From contig JAANOX010000280.1 in NCBI GenBank assembly GCA_020184695.1, forward strand, positions 496,001 to 560,000: 64,000 nt of DNA, given 5' to 3'. The first letter of the stretch is position 1. Every line of letters starts with the position of its first letter. Below are positions 50,218-62,690 of the stretch, piece after piece. The position numbers and the translations under genes are program-made. Below the pieces are notes generated by a model. That model had not been told where the DNA came from, made no database searches, and saw only the letters and a list, made by a program, of their open reading frames with translations. The stretch comes from Histomonas meleagridis 2922-C6/04-290x. Its lineage: Eukaryota; Protista; Parabasalia.

Positions 50218-51630
50218 TTACTCAATATTATATCGGCGAACTAGTAAGCCTTCCGCATACTCACCAGATGCGAATTCATATTCATCTTTTATGTAATCTG
50301 TCATTTTCACCTTTTCTAAGTAATTCACAATTTCCGTATTTTCAAAAACTAATGGCCACCATTCTTTCTTTTCTGTTTCTGCAAATCTTATAACCGTGTA
50401 CAAAGAATCTAAAATTTCAAATACACAGGAATCTGACATTGCCTCGATATATTCTGTTAATAGAATTATGAAGTTCATTTGTTCAATGAACATCCCTAAT
50501 TGTTGGAAATTAGATATTGACACAATTTTGCATATTGCTTTAAAGACTTCTTCTTTTGTTCGAAATGGTAAATTATAAGTCATGATTTCAAACAATGCAA
50601 CATGAATACCCAACTCAATACAAATTTGAACTGTTTCTGGTGTTGATAATAAAGTTAAAATTGCAGAAGAAGCATCTTCTATTAAGTCTGGATCTTTTGT
50701 ACATAGGCATTTGAAAGAAAATTCAAAAAGTGGAGCCTTAACGTTCGGCGGAATCAAAACTGACACAAGTGAACTTCCCTCGTGAACTGATATTTCTGTG
50801 TTGGAAAATGTCTTCTGAATATAACGAAGAAATGCGCCGATGAAAGATTTGTTTTGGAGATTAAAAATGTTATTAAGAAATTCTGGAAATTCGGTCCTTT
50901 GAAAAAGATAAGGTGAAAATTTGGCATTAAAATGATTAAATTGACCTAAAGCCCAAAGACATTTCATAGATGTTTCAATGGATTGAGTACTAAAAAGTAA
51001 GTTACAGGCATTGGCAATAATTTGTTCAAAATATGGAATTAATGATTGATGATTATTTTTCCTGTTAGGTGAAATGTAACGTGCGCACGATGCTACACAC
51101 AAAAGTGTAACATTGGTTTGTGGTGATTCAGGAAATAAAAATTTGGCGAATATGGAAAGAATATCATATTCAGGTAAAATCAAAGTTTCGAAAACTTTGC
51201 TGTTGTCTGTTATTAATAAGTACAAAAGATTCATTGCATTTTCAGAAGGAATTAATTGGTATAATAAAATGTAAAAATTAGATATTTCGAAATATTCATT
51301 AACAGAAAAATGCTGATCTTTAAAGTCATAAATGCAGGTTAAAATTATCAAAATTTCTTCAATTAGTGGTGCTTGAAATTCATTAGGATTACAATATGAA
51401 AATAATATTGAAAGAAAATCAATATTATAACTATATAAATGAGTAGAGAAATACTGTTTTAAAAATTGACTTGTTTTTTGAAAAGATTGAATGTTTGTTT
51501 TCATATCTACACCAAGTTTTTGGAATATTCCATAAACATCTTCATTTGTTAATAATATATCATCATCTCCATCATTTTTTGATAACTCCAGTAGTTTTGC
51601 ATTTTTTTTCTCTATTTTTTCTTCCAGCAT
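50218..51630 (-). CDS. ARM-repeat protein, importin-alpha-like
   Basis: Helical repeats such as CLWALGQF, DLIEDASSAILTLL, PFRTKEEVFKAICKIV; first ATG 51630 (track start is TTG). Confidence 0.65.
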   Translation of the reverse strand: MLEEKIEKKNAKLLELSKNDGDDDILLTNEDVYGIFQKLGVDMKTNIQSFQKTSQFLKQYFSTHLYSYNIDFLSILFSYCNPNEFQAPLIEEILIILTCIYDFKDQHFSVNEYFEISNFYILLYQLIPSENAMNLLYLLITDNSKVFETLILPEYDILSIFAKFLFPESPQTNVTLLCVASCARYISPNRKNNHQSLIPYFEQIIANACNLLFSTQSIETSMKCLWALGQFNHFNAKFSPYLFQRTEFPEFLNNIFNLQNKSFIGAFLRYIQKTFSNTEISVHEGSSLVSVLIPPNVKAPLFEFSFKCLCTKDPDLIEDASSAILTLLSTPETVQICIELGIHVALFEIMTYNLPFRTKEEVFKAICKIVSISNFQQLGMFIEQMNFIILLTEYIEAMSDSCVFEILDSLYTVIRFAETEKKEWWPLVFENTEIVNYLEKVKMTDYIKDEYEFASGEYAEGLLVRRYNIE

Positions 51631-51749
51631 TTCCAAGACCAATCAACTTGACCCCACCCAAATAACCTCCAAATCCATTGAAAAAATGAATACTTTACAA
51701 CCGTAAATTTTAAACATCAAAAATTTGATTTATTAATTAATGTTATTTT

Positions 51750-54700
51750 TTACTCAGGTTTTTTAATATCGATCACAACATTTGGATATTCCACTTCAGT
51801 TAAAGCTATTTGGAAATCATTGTAATCATTTAATGGAGCGAAATATACAGAATTTTTCTGAGTTTTCTTTGAAGTTGCGTTAAAGTTTTTCTTTAAAGAG
51901 AATTCCATTCTTCTCATTAATTGTTGAACTCTTCTCGTTGATAATTTACTTGTACCAGTATCATCACCAGCACCTTCAGCAGGAGATAATAAACCTGAAC
52001 AAACTGGACATTTATTTGCATCGCCAGCACAATTCTTATGTACTGCATGTCCACAAGGAAATACTTCAACGAGGTCACCAGCTTTACTTAAATGTTTTTT
52101 ACAAATAGCGCAATAATTAATAACTTCAGTCCCTTTAGTATTTTCATGATTAGCCTTTTCGATTAATTCGATACAATCAGAGATCAATAATTCATCTAGA
52201 CCTTTATATAAATTCTTTTCATAATTAATACGTAAAATTATATTTGTCATTACTTCTCTATATTGATTTTGATTCATGAATGAGAAGTAAATTGTCAAAA
52301 TATAAAACAAATGGAATGCAGTAATCTTATTTAAAGAAGCTATCATGAAATAAGAGAACATTAATATAATTGTGGTTGAAATATTTGGCTTATCAGACTT
52401 AGTAGAAGAATGATATATAGGGAATTGGAAATATAAAAACATTTTCTGCCATTGTAAAGGTGCTGAATCAGTAGTTTCCAATAAATTAATAGCAGTTCTA
52501 ATACAATTCATTGGTGCATTTAATTGTTTAATACTATCTAATTCATCAATAGTATCAGGTGCTATATCTGAATCAGATTCGATGAATTCAAGTAAAGTTC
52601 TTTCAATTTCATTACCGATTTGTTCAATTGCTTCTTTATATTGTCTTCTAAATATTAATATTTGTACTTGACAATCAATACGATTTTTAGAAGCAGCTTG
52701 AGCTTCATCGATATTAATTTCTTCGATATGATCAACTAAGAAATGTACAGCTTCTGAAGGATTATATCTTAATTTTAATTTAAAAATAGATATTAACCAT
52801 TTAGGATTCATTGAAGTAGAACCAGTAGTATCAAGATAAGCATTTAAGTAAGCAAGTTTTCTAGTATCTCTAAGGTTTTCGATAATTTCATCATGTAAAT
52901 CAGGGAAATTCTGATTAATAATTTGGATCATTCGTGTAGGATTTACTAATATTAATTGGGAAATATTTGTAGTAATTGCATATCTCATTTCTTTAGTATC
53001 TTTAAGATTATTTTCAATGAATTCAAATAACGTAGAACTATTTGCTTTATGTGATATCATTAATTGAATGATCTTAGAATAATCTTTCATAGGTAAATAA
53101 TGTTTCGTGATGAAACTTATAAAACCTGCCTTTTCACAATAAGTCATTAATTCTTTTTCTGGTATACAATCAGGATATTGATTCAAGAATATCTTTAATA
53201 CTTCTTCTCTTGTAGTTGGTGATATACGTACAGAACTAAATATCCATTTTACGATATGTTTAAGTGAATCAGAACCAAATTGTAATAATAATGTTGGATA
53301 TAATGGTAATATTACATTAAGATAAGGTTTAGCATCTGCATAAGGTCGTGAAGAAAGGATTTGTAATATAGCTTCAAATAAATGTTCCATTCTTAAGAAA
53401 TTAGAAAAATCATATTTAATTGGTAACATTGCCATTACTGCTTGAACAAATTTAACTCCTTCTCTCCAATTACATGATAACAAACTTGATAATCGAATGA
53501 ATTGATTCTTTTCATTTGGTACCATTAACCAAATGATGATCATCTTCTTAATGATATCATATTCTCCAATATCTGCTTCTTCTGAGAAAAACGGATTTAT
53601 GAATTCCCATAACTTATTCTTTTCATAATAATAATTACAAAGACATAACAAAAAGTCATTACGTTCTTTATCCAAACAAATCTTCTTAAATAATTTTAAT
53701 AATTTATATTTAAGAATTATTGGAATTATTGAAATTGTATTTAATTTATCATATTTAAATTCGATTAATTTGTTTTCTGCTTCTTCTAATTTTTGTTGTT
53801 CATTTGAATAACTTAAATAATTCTCTAAAAATTCTTTGGTAAATATCTTTAAGAAATTATCACCAATTCCTTTAAATATCCCATTAAAGTATACATTTTC
53901 TAAATGTTTTTCTTTAAACATTTGGAATATATCATTAATCAAATATTCATTCAAATTAATTTTAAGTATAATTTCAGTAATTGAAGAGATATCATTTAAT
54001 ATTATTTCTTCATTTTCATTATTAATTATCGAATTGAAATAATCTTTAAGAAGTTCTTTTCCTAATTCTATAACTTGTTTTCTTCTGATTGCAAAATTCT
54101 TTGGAATTCCAAAGAAATTCGTATTATTATTTAATAAGACATCATATAATTGATTAAATGCACGTTTGTAATCTCCGTCTTTACAATTATTATATATCAT
54201 TTCATTCCAATTAGAAAATGAAAGTGAACAAATTCCTTTTTGATGTGTAATTATAAGTCGTTCATTATATGTACTGACGTTACGAAAATCTTTTAATATA
54301 ACAGATAATTCTTCTGATGATCCATTACATATTGGACTTCCATTTGATGTTTGAATTATAATAACTTTACCACTTTCTGTAACATATGTTAACATTTTCG
54401 TTGATAAAAATATAACAATTGAAATACTTTCTTCTAATTTGAAATTACAGATCGAATTCAAATCATATGTATTAGTGACTTGAAATAGTTCAAATTTTGA
54501 TCCGTGGCAAAAAGTCAACAGGAAATCTTCAGCCCCTGATATAATCGAAAGATTAATTGGATCATAAAAATCATTAGATGTTCGAATAATACATGGATTT
54601 GGTAACATACTCGGCTTGAACAGCACGCATTTGTTGAGGAATAATATGAAACCAATGGAAAACGGAGATTGGGAATTGGATACAATAAGTTGTTGAACTG

Positions 54701-55157
54701 GAAGTTCACCTTGATAAACAAAGAACTCTTTAAATGACATAAATAAGAGTCGCGAAACGACAATTTGCGTCGTAAGACCTAATGAATCAGAAGCATAAAT
54801 AATGTCATGGCTCTCACCAAACTTAACTTGCGTTATCGGCGTAGTGTGCATTCCCTTGAAGCCTCTGACGAATGATAATGTGTTGACTGACCATAAATTT
54901 ATTGTCCCATCAACATGACCTGTAACAACATCGTCGCCGGTAATGTCAATGCTGACTGGATCTGATTTGTTGGCAATGTTCCCTTGAAAGAACTTTATTG
55001 TTGATTCCTCAATATTTAATAATATCGGCTCAAATTGGTCCGTAAGAATTGCAAAATATGGGCCGCTTTGGGCAGAACAGGAAATGTATTCGATGTTGTT
55101 TTCTTTGAGAATGTCTTTGATGATTTTGTAATCTTCAATTCCTATATTGGTGTGCAT
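51750..55157 (-). CDS. VPS8: Vps8-like CORVET subunit (WD40 + alpha-solenoid + RING-H2-like)
   Basis: N-terminal beta-propeller (VVTGHVDGTINLWSV, HTTPITQVKF), clathrin-type solenoid, C-terminal CAICKK...FPCGHAVHKNC...CPVC. Confidence 0.75.
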   Translation of the reverse strand: MHTNIGIEDYKIIKDILKENNIEYISCSAQSGPYFAILTDQFEPILLNIEESTIKFFQGNIANKSDPVSIDITGDDVVTGHVDGTINLWSVNTLSFVRGFKGMHTTPITQVKFGESHDIIYASDSLGLTTQIVVSRLLFMSFKEFFVYQGELPVQQLIVSNSQSPFSIGFILFLNKCVLFKPSMLPNPCIIRTSNDFYDPINLSIISGAEDFLLTFCHGSKFELFQVTNTYDLNSICNFKLEESISIVIFLSTKMLTYVTESGKVIIIQTSNGSPICNGSSEELSVILKDFRNVSTYNERLIITHQKGICSLSFSNWNEMIYNNCKDGDYKRAFNQLYDVLLNNNTNFFGIPKNFAIRRKQVIELGKELLKDYFNSIINNENEEIILNDISSITEIILKINLNEYLINDIFQMFKEKHLENVYFNGIFKGIGDNFLKIFTKEFLENYLSYSNEQQKLEEAENKLIEFKYDKLNTISIIPIILKYKLLKLFKKICLDKERNDFLLCLCNYYYEKNKLWEFINPFFSEEADIGEYDIIKKMIIIWLMVPNEKNQFIRLSSLLSCNWREGVKFVQAVMAMLPIKYDFSNFLRMEHLFEAILQILSSRPYADAKPYLNVILPLYPTLLLQFGSDSLKHIVKWIFSSVRISPTTREEVLKIFLNQYPDCIPEKELMTYCEKAGFISFITKHYLPMKDYSKIIQLMISHKANSSTLFEFIENNLKDTKEMRYAITTNISQLILVNPTRMIQIINQNFPDLHDEIIENLRDTRKLAYLNAYLDTTGSTSMNPKWLISIFKLKLRYNPSEAVHFLVDHIEEINIDEAQAASKNRIDCQVQILIFRRQYKEAIEQIGNEIERTLLEFIESDSDIAPDTIDELDSIKQLNAPMNCIRTAINLLETTDSAPLQWQKMFLYFQFPIYHSSTKSDKPNISTTIILMFSYFMIASLNKITAFHLFYILTIYFSFMNQNQYREVMTNIILRINYEKNLYKGLDELLISDCIELIEKANHENTKGTEVINYCAICKKHLSKAGDLVEVFPCGHAVHKNCAGDANKCPVCSGLLSPAEGAGDDTGTSKLSTRRVQQLMRRMEFSLKKNFNATSKKTQKNSVYFAPLNDYNDFQIALTEVEYPNVVIDIKKPE

Positions 55158-55739
55158 CAAATCGTTTTGTTACACAAAAAAGTGTCATTTTGATACAACC
55201 GAAGACGATATATTCAAAAGTGGATTTTTTTGAATGTAAATCCGATAGGGTCATCAAAATGAATGCGCTGATTTCACATTTATCTCTTTTTAATAAAAAT
55301 AGAACTTAAATATAAAATTTTTATAATGTTAAATGATAATTAAATTATCATTATTTTGTTGACATGGAAAATCTCTTTTGCAATTACATTTTTCAAAGCT
55401 TTGAATTATTTTTTGGAATTTTGTTTTCGTTACATTTATAGAATCAAAAAAGTAAAATGTTGAATTAATATCTGATCTCATAAGTGATGAAACTAACAAT
55501 GCGATTTTGAAAATTGCAGTTAGTGATATTCACACGACAATTAGAGGAATACATTTTTATATCCACAAGCTTTCGAAAAGATAACATTCTTGCTGCATGT
55601 TTTACTATTACAAATTCAAAGTGCAATTTCTTTCTGATTTCAAAATATTATTGTTAATTGTGTTTGCATTATACAGAAGTACTTTTTTCATATCAAATGT
55701 CTACTTTTGTATACCATACAATAATAAACCATTCAAAAA

Positions 55740-58523
55740 TCAATTCCACTTTTTCCAATAGTTATGGTTTTTAATGAATGCAGCAGCTTCCCGAGCTATT
55801 TTGTGCAAGTTTGGGAATTCACTATTTGTTCTTTTTAGACCAATGCTTATTACATCGTGATTTTTTCTTCTATTTAAATATATCTTATTTCTTCTTGAGC
55901 AATGTTCGCCATATTGTCTCGCTGTGTCAATAAAAGCCAAAACTAATTCGTCTTCGATGTTATCCTTTCCGATTTGCAATATACATTCAGCCAGATTATC
56001 CAATTCTAACAATTGCATTCTTTCTATTTGATATAGTTCTGGTGATTCATGATCATGAAGCATAACATAAAAATTCTTTACATAAGCTTTATAACAATTG
56101 CATAATGAAATATATAATTGGTTTGCGTATTCGATATCAGAATCACTTTCGAAATTTATATGTTTTGATGAATCATCTCTAAATGTAGTCATAAGTTGTT
56201 CTAATTTCTCACGTTTTTGTTGAATAACATTTGCAGCTTCATTTATATTACTTAGTTCGTCGAACATTGTTGCAATTGCATGTATAACATATGGATGAAT
56301 ATCTTTTTTTTCAGGATTATTCATAACCAAATCAAATAATGTATTAAATACTGTATCAAAAATTTGTAACATAAACAAATTATTTGAATATTTCCCAAAT
56401 AATTCTTTTAATAAGATAACACTTGGAATAATAATTTCTTCATTTTGTGTCATTAAACATTGTAGAATTAATCCTAAACAATGATTAATTTGTTCTTCAG
56501 TAAGAATAGGTGGAAAACATTTAACTAATGCTGATAATGTAATTAAACCTTCTGAATATATAATACAATTTTGTCTTTGTAATAAATTAAATATTAATTG
56601 TAAAACGTTTTGAAATATTTGCTGAGAAATATTTGTTTTAAGTTTCGATATTAATGATGCAATTACTGAACAAAGTCCTGCTTGATATGTATATTTAATA
56701 TTTTCATTACATATAAATTCATTTGATTTATTTAATGATTCACATGTCTGTAAAAATAATACCATTAATTGTTCGTTATTACCACTTCGCATTTCAATAA
56801 TTAAACTACAAATCGCTTCGATGACATATGTAATAGCGTTATTTATATTACTTTCTTCATTTTCACATCCAATAACATAATTTAACATAATTTGTAACAT
56901 GAAATAAATTCTTTCGAAATATTCTGGAATTATTGTTCCACGTGAATTGTTGTGTGTATATACATTTACTAAATTATATAAAATTGCTGAATATCGTTTA
57001 ATAATTATTAATGGTGGTCGTTCTATTTGTAGTTCATTTAATGATGACATAATTCCTAATATTGTTTCGATTCTTTGTCTTGGATCTTTTGATTTAGTTA
57101 TTATAGTTGGATAAAATTTTAATATTATTAAGAGAACATATAATGCTGTCTCTCGTAAATGTGCACAATATTTTGGTGAACAAAAGTCAATGACATAATC
57201 AAATAAATTTGTTAAAAATGGTAAAACTACTTTGTTGTTAATTGGCCGTTTTGATATCGAAAATATAAGTAATAATGCTGCATGATAATGTACCCAACTT
57301 TGTTGTTCTTTAATTAAATTTAATATTTTCTGCGAACATTTTTCAAATACAATATCAGGCTCTACTTTATAAATGGATTGTAATACAGGTACTACAGACA
57401 TATGTGGCTTTGGGTCATTGATATCTTCAATACCTATATCATTAGGATCAATTCCAAGTAAAATATTAACAAAAAATTCGAAAAAGTTTTCAATAATTGT
57501 TCTTGATAAATGTAAAAGATCACATTTATAAGTTGGTTGTTTTTGATATGCATCTTCAAAATCTGCAAGTTTCTGCCAAAACGATATTGAAATGATTTGA
57601 TATTTAGCATTATTCACAGCCATTCCACTTAACACGTAATTACATATAATGCCCATAAAATAAGGTGAAAGATGATAATATTTCTTAACAAGAACAAGCA
57701 GAATATTATGAAGTGTATCGAAGAGTATTAAATTCGATATATAAAATGATGAATGAATGCATTGAAGAATTAATGGAATCTTTAATTGAACATTGTCATC
57801 AATTATTTTGTCTGAAAGATGTAATATGGATAAATATACGGCATTTCCTGCGGCTTCGCGGACTTCAAGTGTTATATATTCTGGACTTTGTTCACATTGG
57901 ATGTTAAGTATTTGTAATGAAGCTGCAAAAATATTGGAATAAATCGGAATGAGTGCGTCATGTTTAAGTTCCTGATCAAAGTTAGCTAAGTTGAGAATGT
58001 CAGAAAAAACCTTTAAAAATCCAATTATGGCATTAGTGGAATTCATTTGAAGAATGTAATTGGAAATTTCTTGAATACCTTCAATCCAATGACCTCCTTC
58101 AATTCCAAAGATATATGAAAAAATTTGGCTTGAAACATCTCGAATAACTGTGTCACTTTCACTAATTGTGGTGGTAACTAAACTTTTAAGATTGAAAATA
58201 AACCCATCAAGAGACCAGATGTTTTTAATAATATTGTTTCGGCGTGCTGGCGTTTTGGGATTTATTAAGTAAGAAATAATTTTTGCTGAATATTGCCTTA
58301 TGTAGATTGTATTGTTGATATCTGCAAATAAAAAATAAAATTTTTGAATATCATTTGGATAATCAGTAAGTATGCCATCAATCATTACGTCTAATTGAAC
58401 ATAATTTTCCCTATCAATAAGGTTAATAAGTTCATTGTAAACTTCATTAAAACTTTGGAATTTATAAGTATCATGATTTGATGTAACTGTTTTGACTTCG
58501 TTTGTTGTAGAAATGTGTTCCAT
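55740..58523 (-). CDS. Divergent importin-beta/karyopherin-like HEAT-repeat protein
   Basis: HEAT-type helices with ISFWQKLADFE, SWVHYHAALLLIFSI, HLRETALYVL, EGLITLSAL, positioned as in importin-beta; 927 aa. Confidence 0.7.
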   Translation of the reverse strand: MEHISTTNEVKTVTSNHDTYKFQSFNEVYNELINLIDRENYVQLDVMIDGILTDYPNDIQKFYFLFADINNTIYIRQYSAKIISYLINPKTPARRNNIIKNIWSLDGFIFNLKSLVTTTISESDTVIRDVSSQIFSYIFGIEGGHWIEGIQEISNYILQMNSTNAIIGFLKVFSDILNLANFDQELKHDALIPIYSNIFAASLQILNIQCEQSPEYITLEVREAAGNAVYLSILHLSDKIIDDNVQLKIPLILQCIHSSFYISNLILFDTLHNILLVLVKKYYHLSPYFMGIICNYVLSGMAVNNAKYQIISISFWQKLADFEDAYQKQPTYKCDLLHLSRTIIENFFEFFVNILLGIDPNDIGIEDINDPKPHMSVVPVLQSIYKVEPDIVFEKCSQKILNLIKEQQSWVHYHAALLLIFSISKRPINNKVVLPFLTNLFDYVIDFCSPKYCAHLRETALYVLLIILKFYPTIITKSKDPRQRIETILGIMSSLNELQIERPPLIIIKRYSAILYNLVNVYTHNNSRGTIIPEYFERIYFMLQIMLNYVIGCENEESNINNAITYVIEAICSLIIEMRSGNNEQLMVLFLQTCESLNKSNEFICNENIKYTYQAGLCSVIASLISKLKTNISQQIFQNVLQLIFNLLQRQNCIIYSEGLITLSALVKCFPPILTEEQINHCLGLILQCLMTQNEEIIIPSVILLKELFGKYSNNLFMLQIFDTVFNTLFDLVMNNPEKKDIHPYVIHAIATMFDELSNINEAANVIQQKREKLEQLMTTFRDDSSKHINFESDSDIEYANQLYISLCNCYKAYVKNFYVMLHDHESPELYQIERMQLLELDNLAECILQIGKDNIEDELVLAFIDTARQYGEHCSRRNKIYLNRRKNHDVISIGLKRTNSEFPNLHKIAREAAAFIKNHNYWKKWN

Positions 58524-58594
58524 ATGTCTTGTGAAACAATGAGATTACAATACAATCAAATTTTTCCCTCACCGTTAATAAAACGGTTGCTAAA

Positions 58595-58608
58595 TTTTGC
58601 CGGCAAAA
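58595..58608. promoter_or_regulatory. Perfect 14-bp palindrome TTTTGCCGGCAAAA upstream of the importin-beta-like gene
   Basis: Read directly; about 70 nt upstream of ATG 58523; function inferred only. Confidence 0.35.
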
Positions 58609-59739
58609 AATTTTTCACTGAATCCAGTTTCAATGAAACCAAACTTTCCATCATAAAGTTTTTTTCACTTTAATCAATGTAACCACTAATGAAAACTTGC
58701 ATATCATAATTTAAACATTTCGAAAACAATTTTTTAATTTTTTTTTAAATAGTTTCCACGGCGAAAATAGGGCTTAATCCAAGCAGATCAGTTAATGTGA
58801 TATATTTATTATGTGGTGGAAAATGTTTTTATTTGACTGATTTTTTGAGTAGATCTTTTCATTTTATAATTATCAATAAAATAAATATTAATCCATCATC
58901 ATAAGCAATTTTCGAAAAGAAAGTTTTTTTGTCTACAATTAGGAGATAAAGGATTATTACAATTCGAATTTTAAACACAACACAATTTCTTATTATGATT
59001 TAAAATAATTTTTAATATGAAAGTTTATAATGTCGAATAAATATGTATACAAATATGGATATTAATTAATGTATTTTCGAACAAGATTTATATATAATTG
59101 TGAAATGAGAATCATAATTTTGCAAAAAAATCAATTTAAATTCCATATATAATATGACTTCATTATTGTAAATGATTTAAATGATAATGATGAATGATTT
59201 TATCGAAATGTTTATGATTATTGCGATGTTTAATGGCGTAAACATTAAATTCTGATGTATTATAATATATGAAATTATAATTTCAATCAACATATTGAAT
59301 GTATATTCGATTTGATACCAAAAGGCTCTTTGCCGTTATTTATGTGCACATTTGAAATCTTATATTCTGAAATAAATATTTGAAATTAATATAATAAATA
59401 CCTCCATTCATACTGTCTATCATTATCATAATTTTATAAATTGTATCAACATTTATATGATACAATTGTATGTGAAGAATTGCATCCTAAAAAAATTGAT
59501 TATGATGTATTATTTTCTGTAAAAAACAATATATGTCCGATCAATGAGAAAAACATTATAATATTTTTTATATAATTATTTATATATCTCAGATATTTTT
59601 GTTTTTGATTTCGGATTCATGATGTCATTGTCTATCGGTGTGTTACAACAATTAATTGAATAAAAATACAAGCTTTGAAATATCCTTATAAAAAGTTATA
59701 TTCCGATCGTCATTCGAATGTTCATCTAAAATTTATATA

Positions 59740-60981
59740 AGGTGTTCCACAAAACGATGAACCTGCCGATAGGAAAAATTAGTCATCTGCAAATGTTTTA
59801 TATATCATTTCATTTTATTGTAAATCAAATGCAAAACCAAAGTACTATGCCAAATCACATGGTTAACTCACGCCTACGAATAATCCAGGAACTTTCACGA
59901 GGTAAGAGCATTAGTCAAATAGCTTATGAAACTGGTCATGGAAGAAATCTTATTTGTCAAGTCAAGAAACAAATGGAGGCACAAGAAAATGTTTTCGAGC
60001 TTAAAAACAAGATTGGGGCACCAAGAAAAATAACGAAAGATATTGAAGCAGAAATAATAAGTATTGTTACATCCAATCGATAACTTGGCTGTGAAAAAAC
60101 TGCCGAAAGAATCAGTTCGAATCTCAATTTTCCCAAAGTCAGCAGACAATGGGTAGCCAGGGTTCTTCATAATTATCATTACTCTTATCTGTCACCAAGA
60201 GAAACATTTCTTCTAACCGACTCCCAGATGCAAGCAAGAATTGACTTTTGTGAACATCATATCTCATTCAACACAGACTGGAAATCGATTATATTTACTG
60301 ATGGATCATCATTTGTGCGGAGAAAATGGAAGATGGCTTTGGCGTCGTCGAGGAAAGAAAGATGATGCCATTTTCGTTCATACAAAAAAGTTTCCGAACA
60401 AAATCATGGTATTTGGTGGGATATCATATAATTATCGAACACCATTGATTGCAATGGAGGGAACTATTGACGCAAATCGTTATGTTGATGATTGCATCGA
60501 CGGATCTGGTTTGATAATTGGCATGAATGAAGCATATGGCGTGGGTCAATGGAAATTAATGCAAGACGGGGCAGCAATTCACACATGTACTTCAACCATG
60601 GATTATTTGAAGCTAATGTGTAATGTATTGCCAAACTGGCCGGCAAACTCACCCTATTTGAACCCTATCGAAAATTTATGGTCGATTATGAAGGAACGTG
60701 TGCAAGAATTGGAACCTGACACAATTGAGAACTTGATCGAAATTGTTTTTCAAGTATGGGAAACCATAGAAGAGAAAACAATCAAAAATCTCATTGACTC
60801 AATGCCAGATAGATTGGCTCGTGTTATTGCACTAAATGGCGCTCCAAATGGTTACTAAACATTTATGAAATAAATTCGGTTTAACAAAATAACAAACCAT
60901 TAAGTGAAACTTTTTGATAATAAAATTGACTTTTTAACCAATTTTCGATCAGTTACTGGTCTATCGTTTCGTGAAACGCTT
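59740..60981 (+). mobile_element. Tc1/mariner (DD34E) DNA transposon, 1242 bp, defective
   Basis: Left end AGGTGTTCCACAAAACGATGAACC (59740-59763) and right end GGTCTATCGTTTCGTGAAACGCTT (60958-60981) are imperfect inverted repeats; TA on both flanks (59738-59739, 60982-60983). Confidence 0.85.
59829..60858 (+). pseudogene. Tc1-family transposase pseudogene
   Basis: HTH (GKSISQIAYETG, GAPRKIT), IIFTD, LMQDGAAIH and LNPIE with 34 residues between D and E; in-frame TAA at 60081, frameshift near 60312-60318, SPD changed to SPY. Confidence 0.9.
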
Positions 60982-61089
60982 TATTTAACCCATGATCAAC
61001 AAATTCTAGATTTAAACATACACTAATCGCATATTAATATTGAATACGATACAAATGAAATTTAAAACCTAGATTAATCAAATGAATTA

Positions 61090-61727
<638 letters not shown>

Positions 61728-62690
61728 CATACATACTAAATATTGAACTCAGGTTTATTTAGATTCCGCAAAACGATACTCTAACAAATATCCAGCTACG
61801 TCTTCGAGTCCATGTTTTTTTTGTAATTAAATGTTCTATAGGATTGAAATTTTGGGGATGTGAGTAAATTCTTTTTTTTTTTAATGAATTTGGTATTTCA
61901 ATAAAAATTATTTCTGAATTAAAATAAATTCGCGTTATTTTTAAAATCCAAATTTTATGAAAATTACAAATGATCAGCGATGCTGAAGCAATTCATATGT
62001 TTTTAATGGCGAAGAAACAACAGGTAGCAAATGCCACATGCTTTGCACACTTCCAATGTAATCAAAGTCTCACGACGTTTGTATGTAAGAATTATGAGTA
62101 AAAGATTCATTTTCTCTAAATCTTTGGAATTACAAAAATGTTTGAACCAACACATTAGTATGAAGTGGGAGCCATCATTCGTTATCTTTTCTCCTTAGTA
62201 AAGAACGTTATTCCATTGCTATAAATTTAGACACAATAACATTTCGATTTCATGTTTCTTGAAGTTTCATCATTATTTTTAGCAATTTTTTTCTTTGATA
62301 CTTATGAAGTTACCAATCATTGTTTTCAAGTAATTCAATGTGGTGCTCATATAAGTTGAACTGATACTTGTTGAATAAAAAGAATTTAATATCAATTTTA
62401 AGTATTTACTTTTATTTGATTGTTATTGATATTTTCATGTTTTAAAGATATAATGAAGAGTTCAATGCTGAAATTAATTAATGATTTTTTGGCTATACAA
62501 TGCATTAATTAGGTTGTGCATATCAACATTAAAAAAACTATAGGTTGCGACTGTATTAAAGTGTTACCAATTAAAAACTGTAAGACTTCTAAAAGAGATA
62601 AATTTTCTGTTGTAATTTCTGGCAGTAAACTTTTCAGAAACGTTTTTTCTCAATTAAATTGGTTTTGATCGTAAGCAACAGAAACAACAA

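Noticed and set aside
58950-59640. Possible decayed gene (HLYDTIVCEELHPKKIDYDVLF; FDLIPKGSLPLFMCTF) upstream of the transposon
   Set aside because: Too fragmented to define boundaries or family.
61970-62560. Short ORF MISDAEAIHMFLMAKK... and following fragments
   Set aside because: Many stops, no recognisable family; cannot be supported as a gene or transposon piece.
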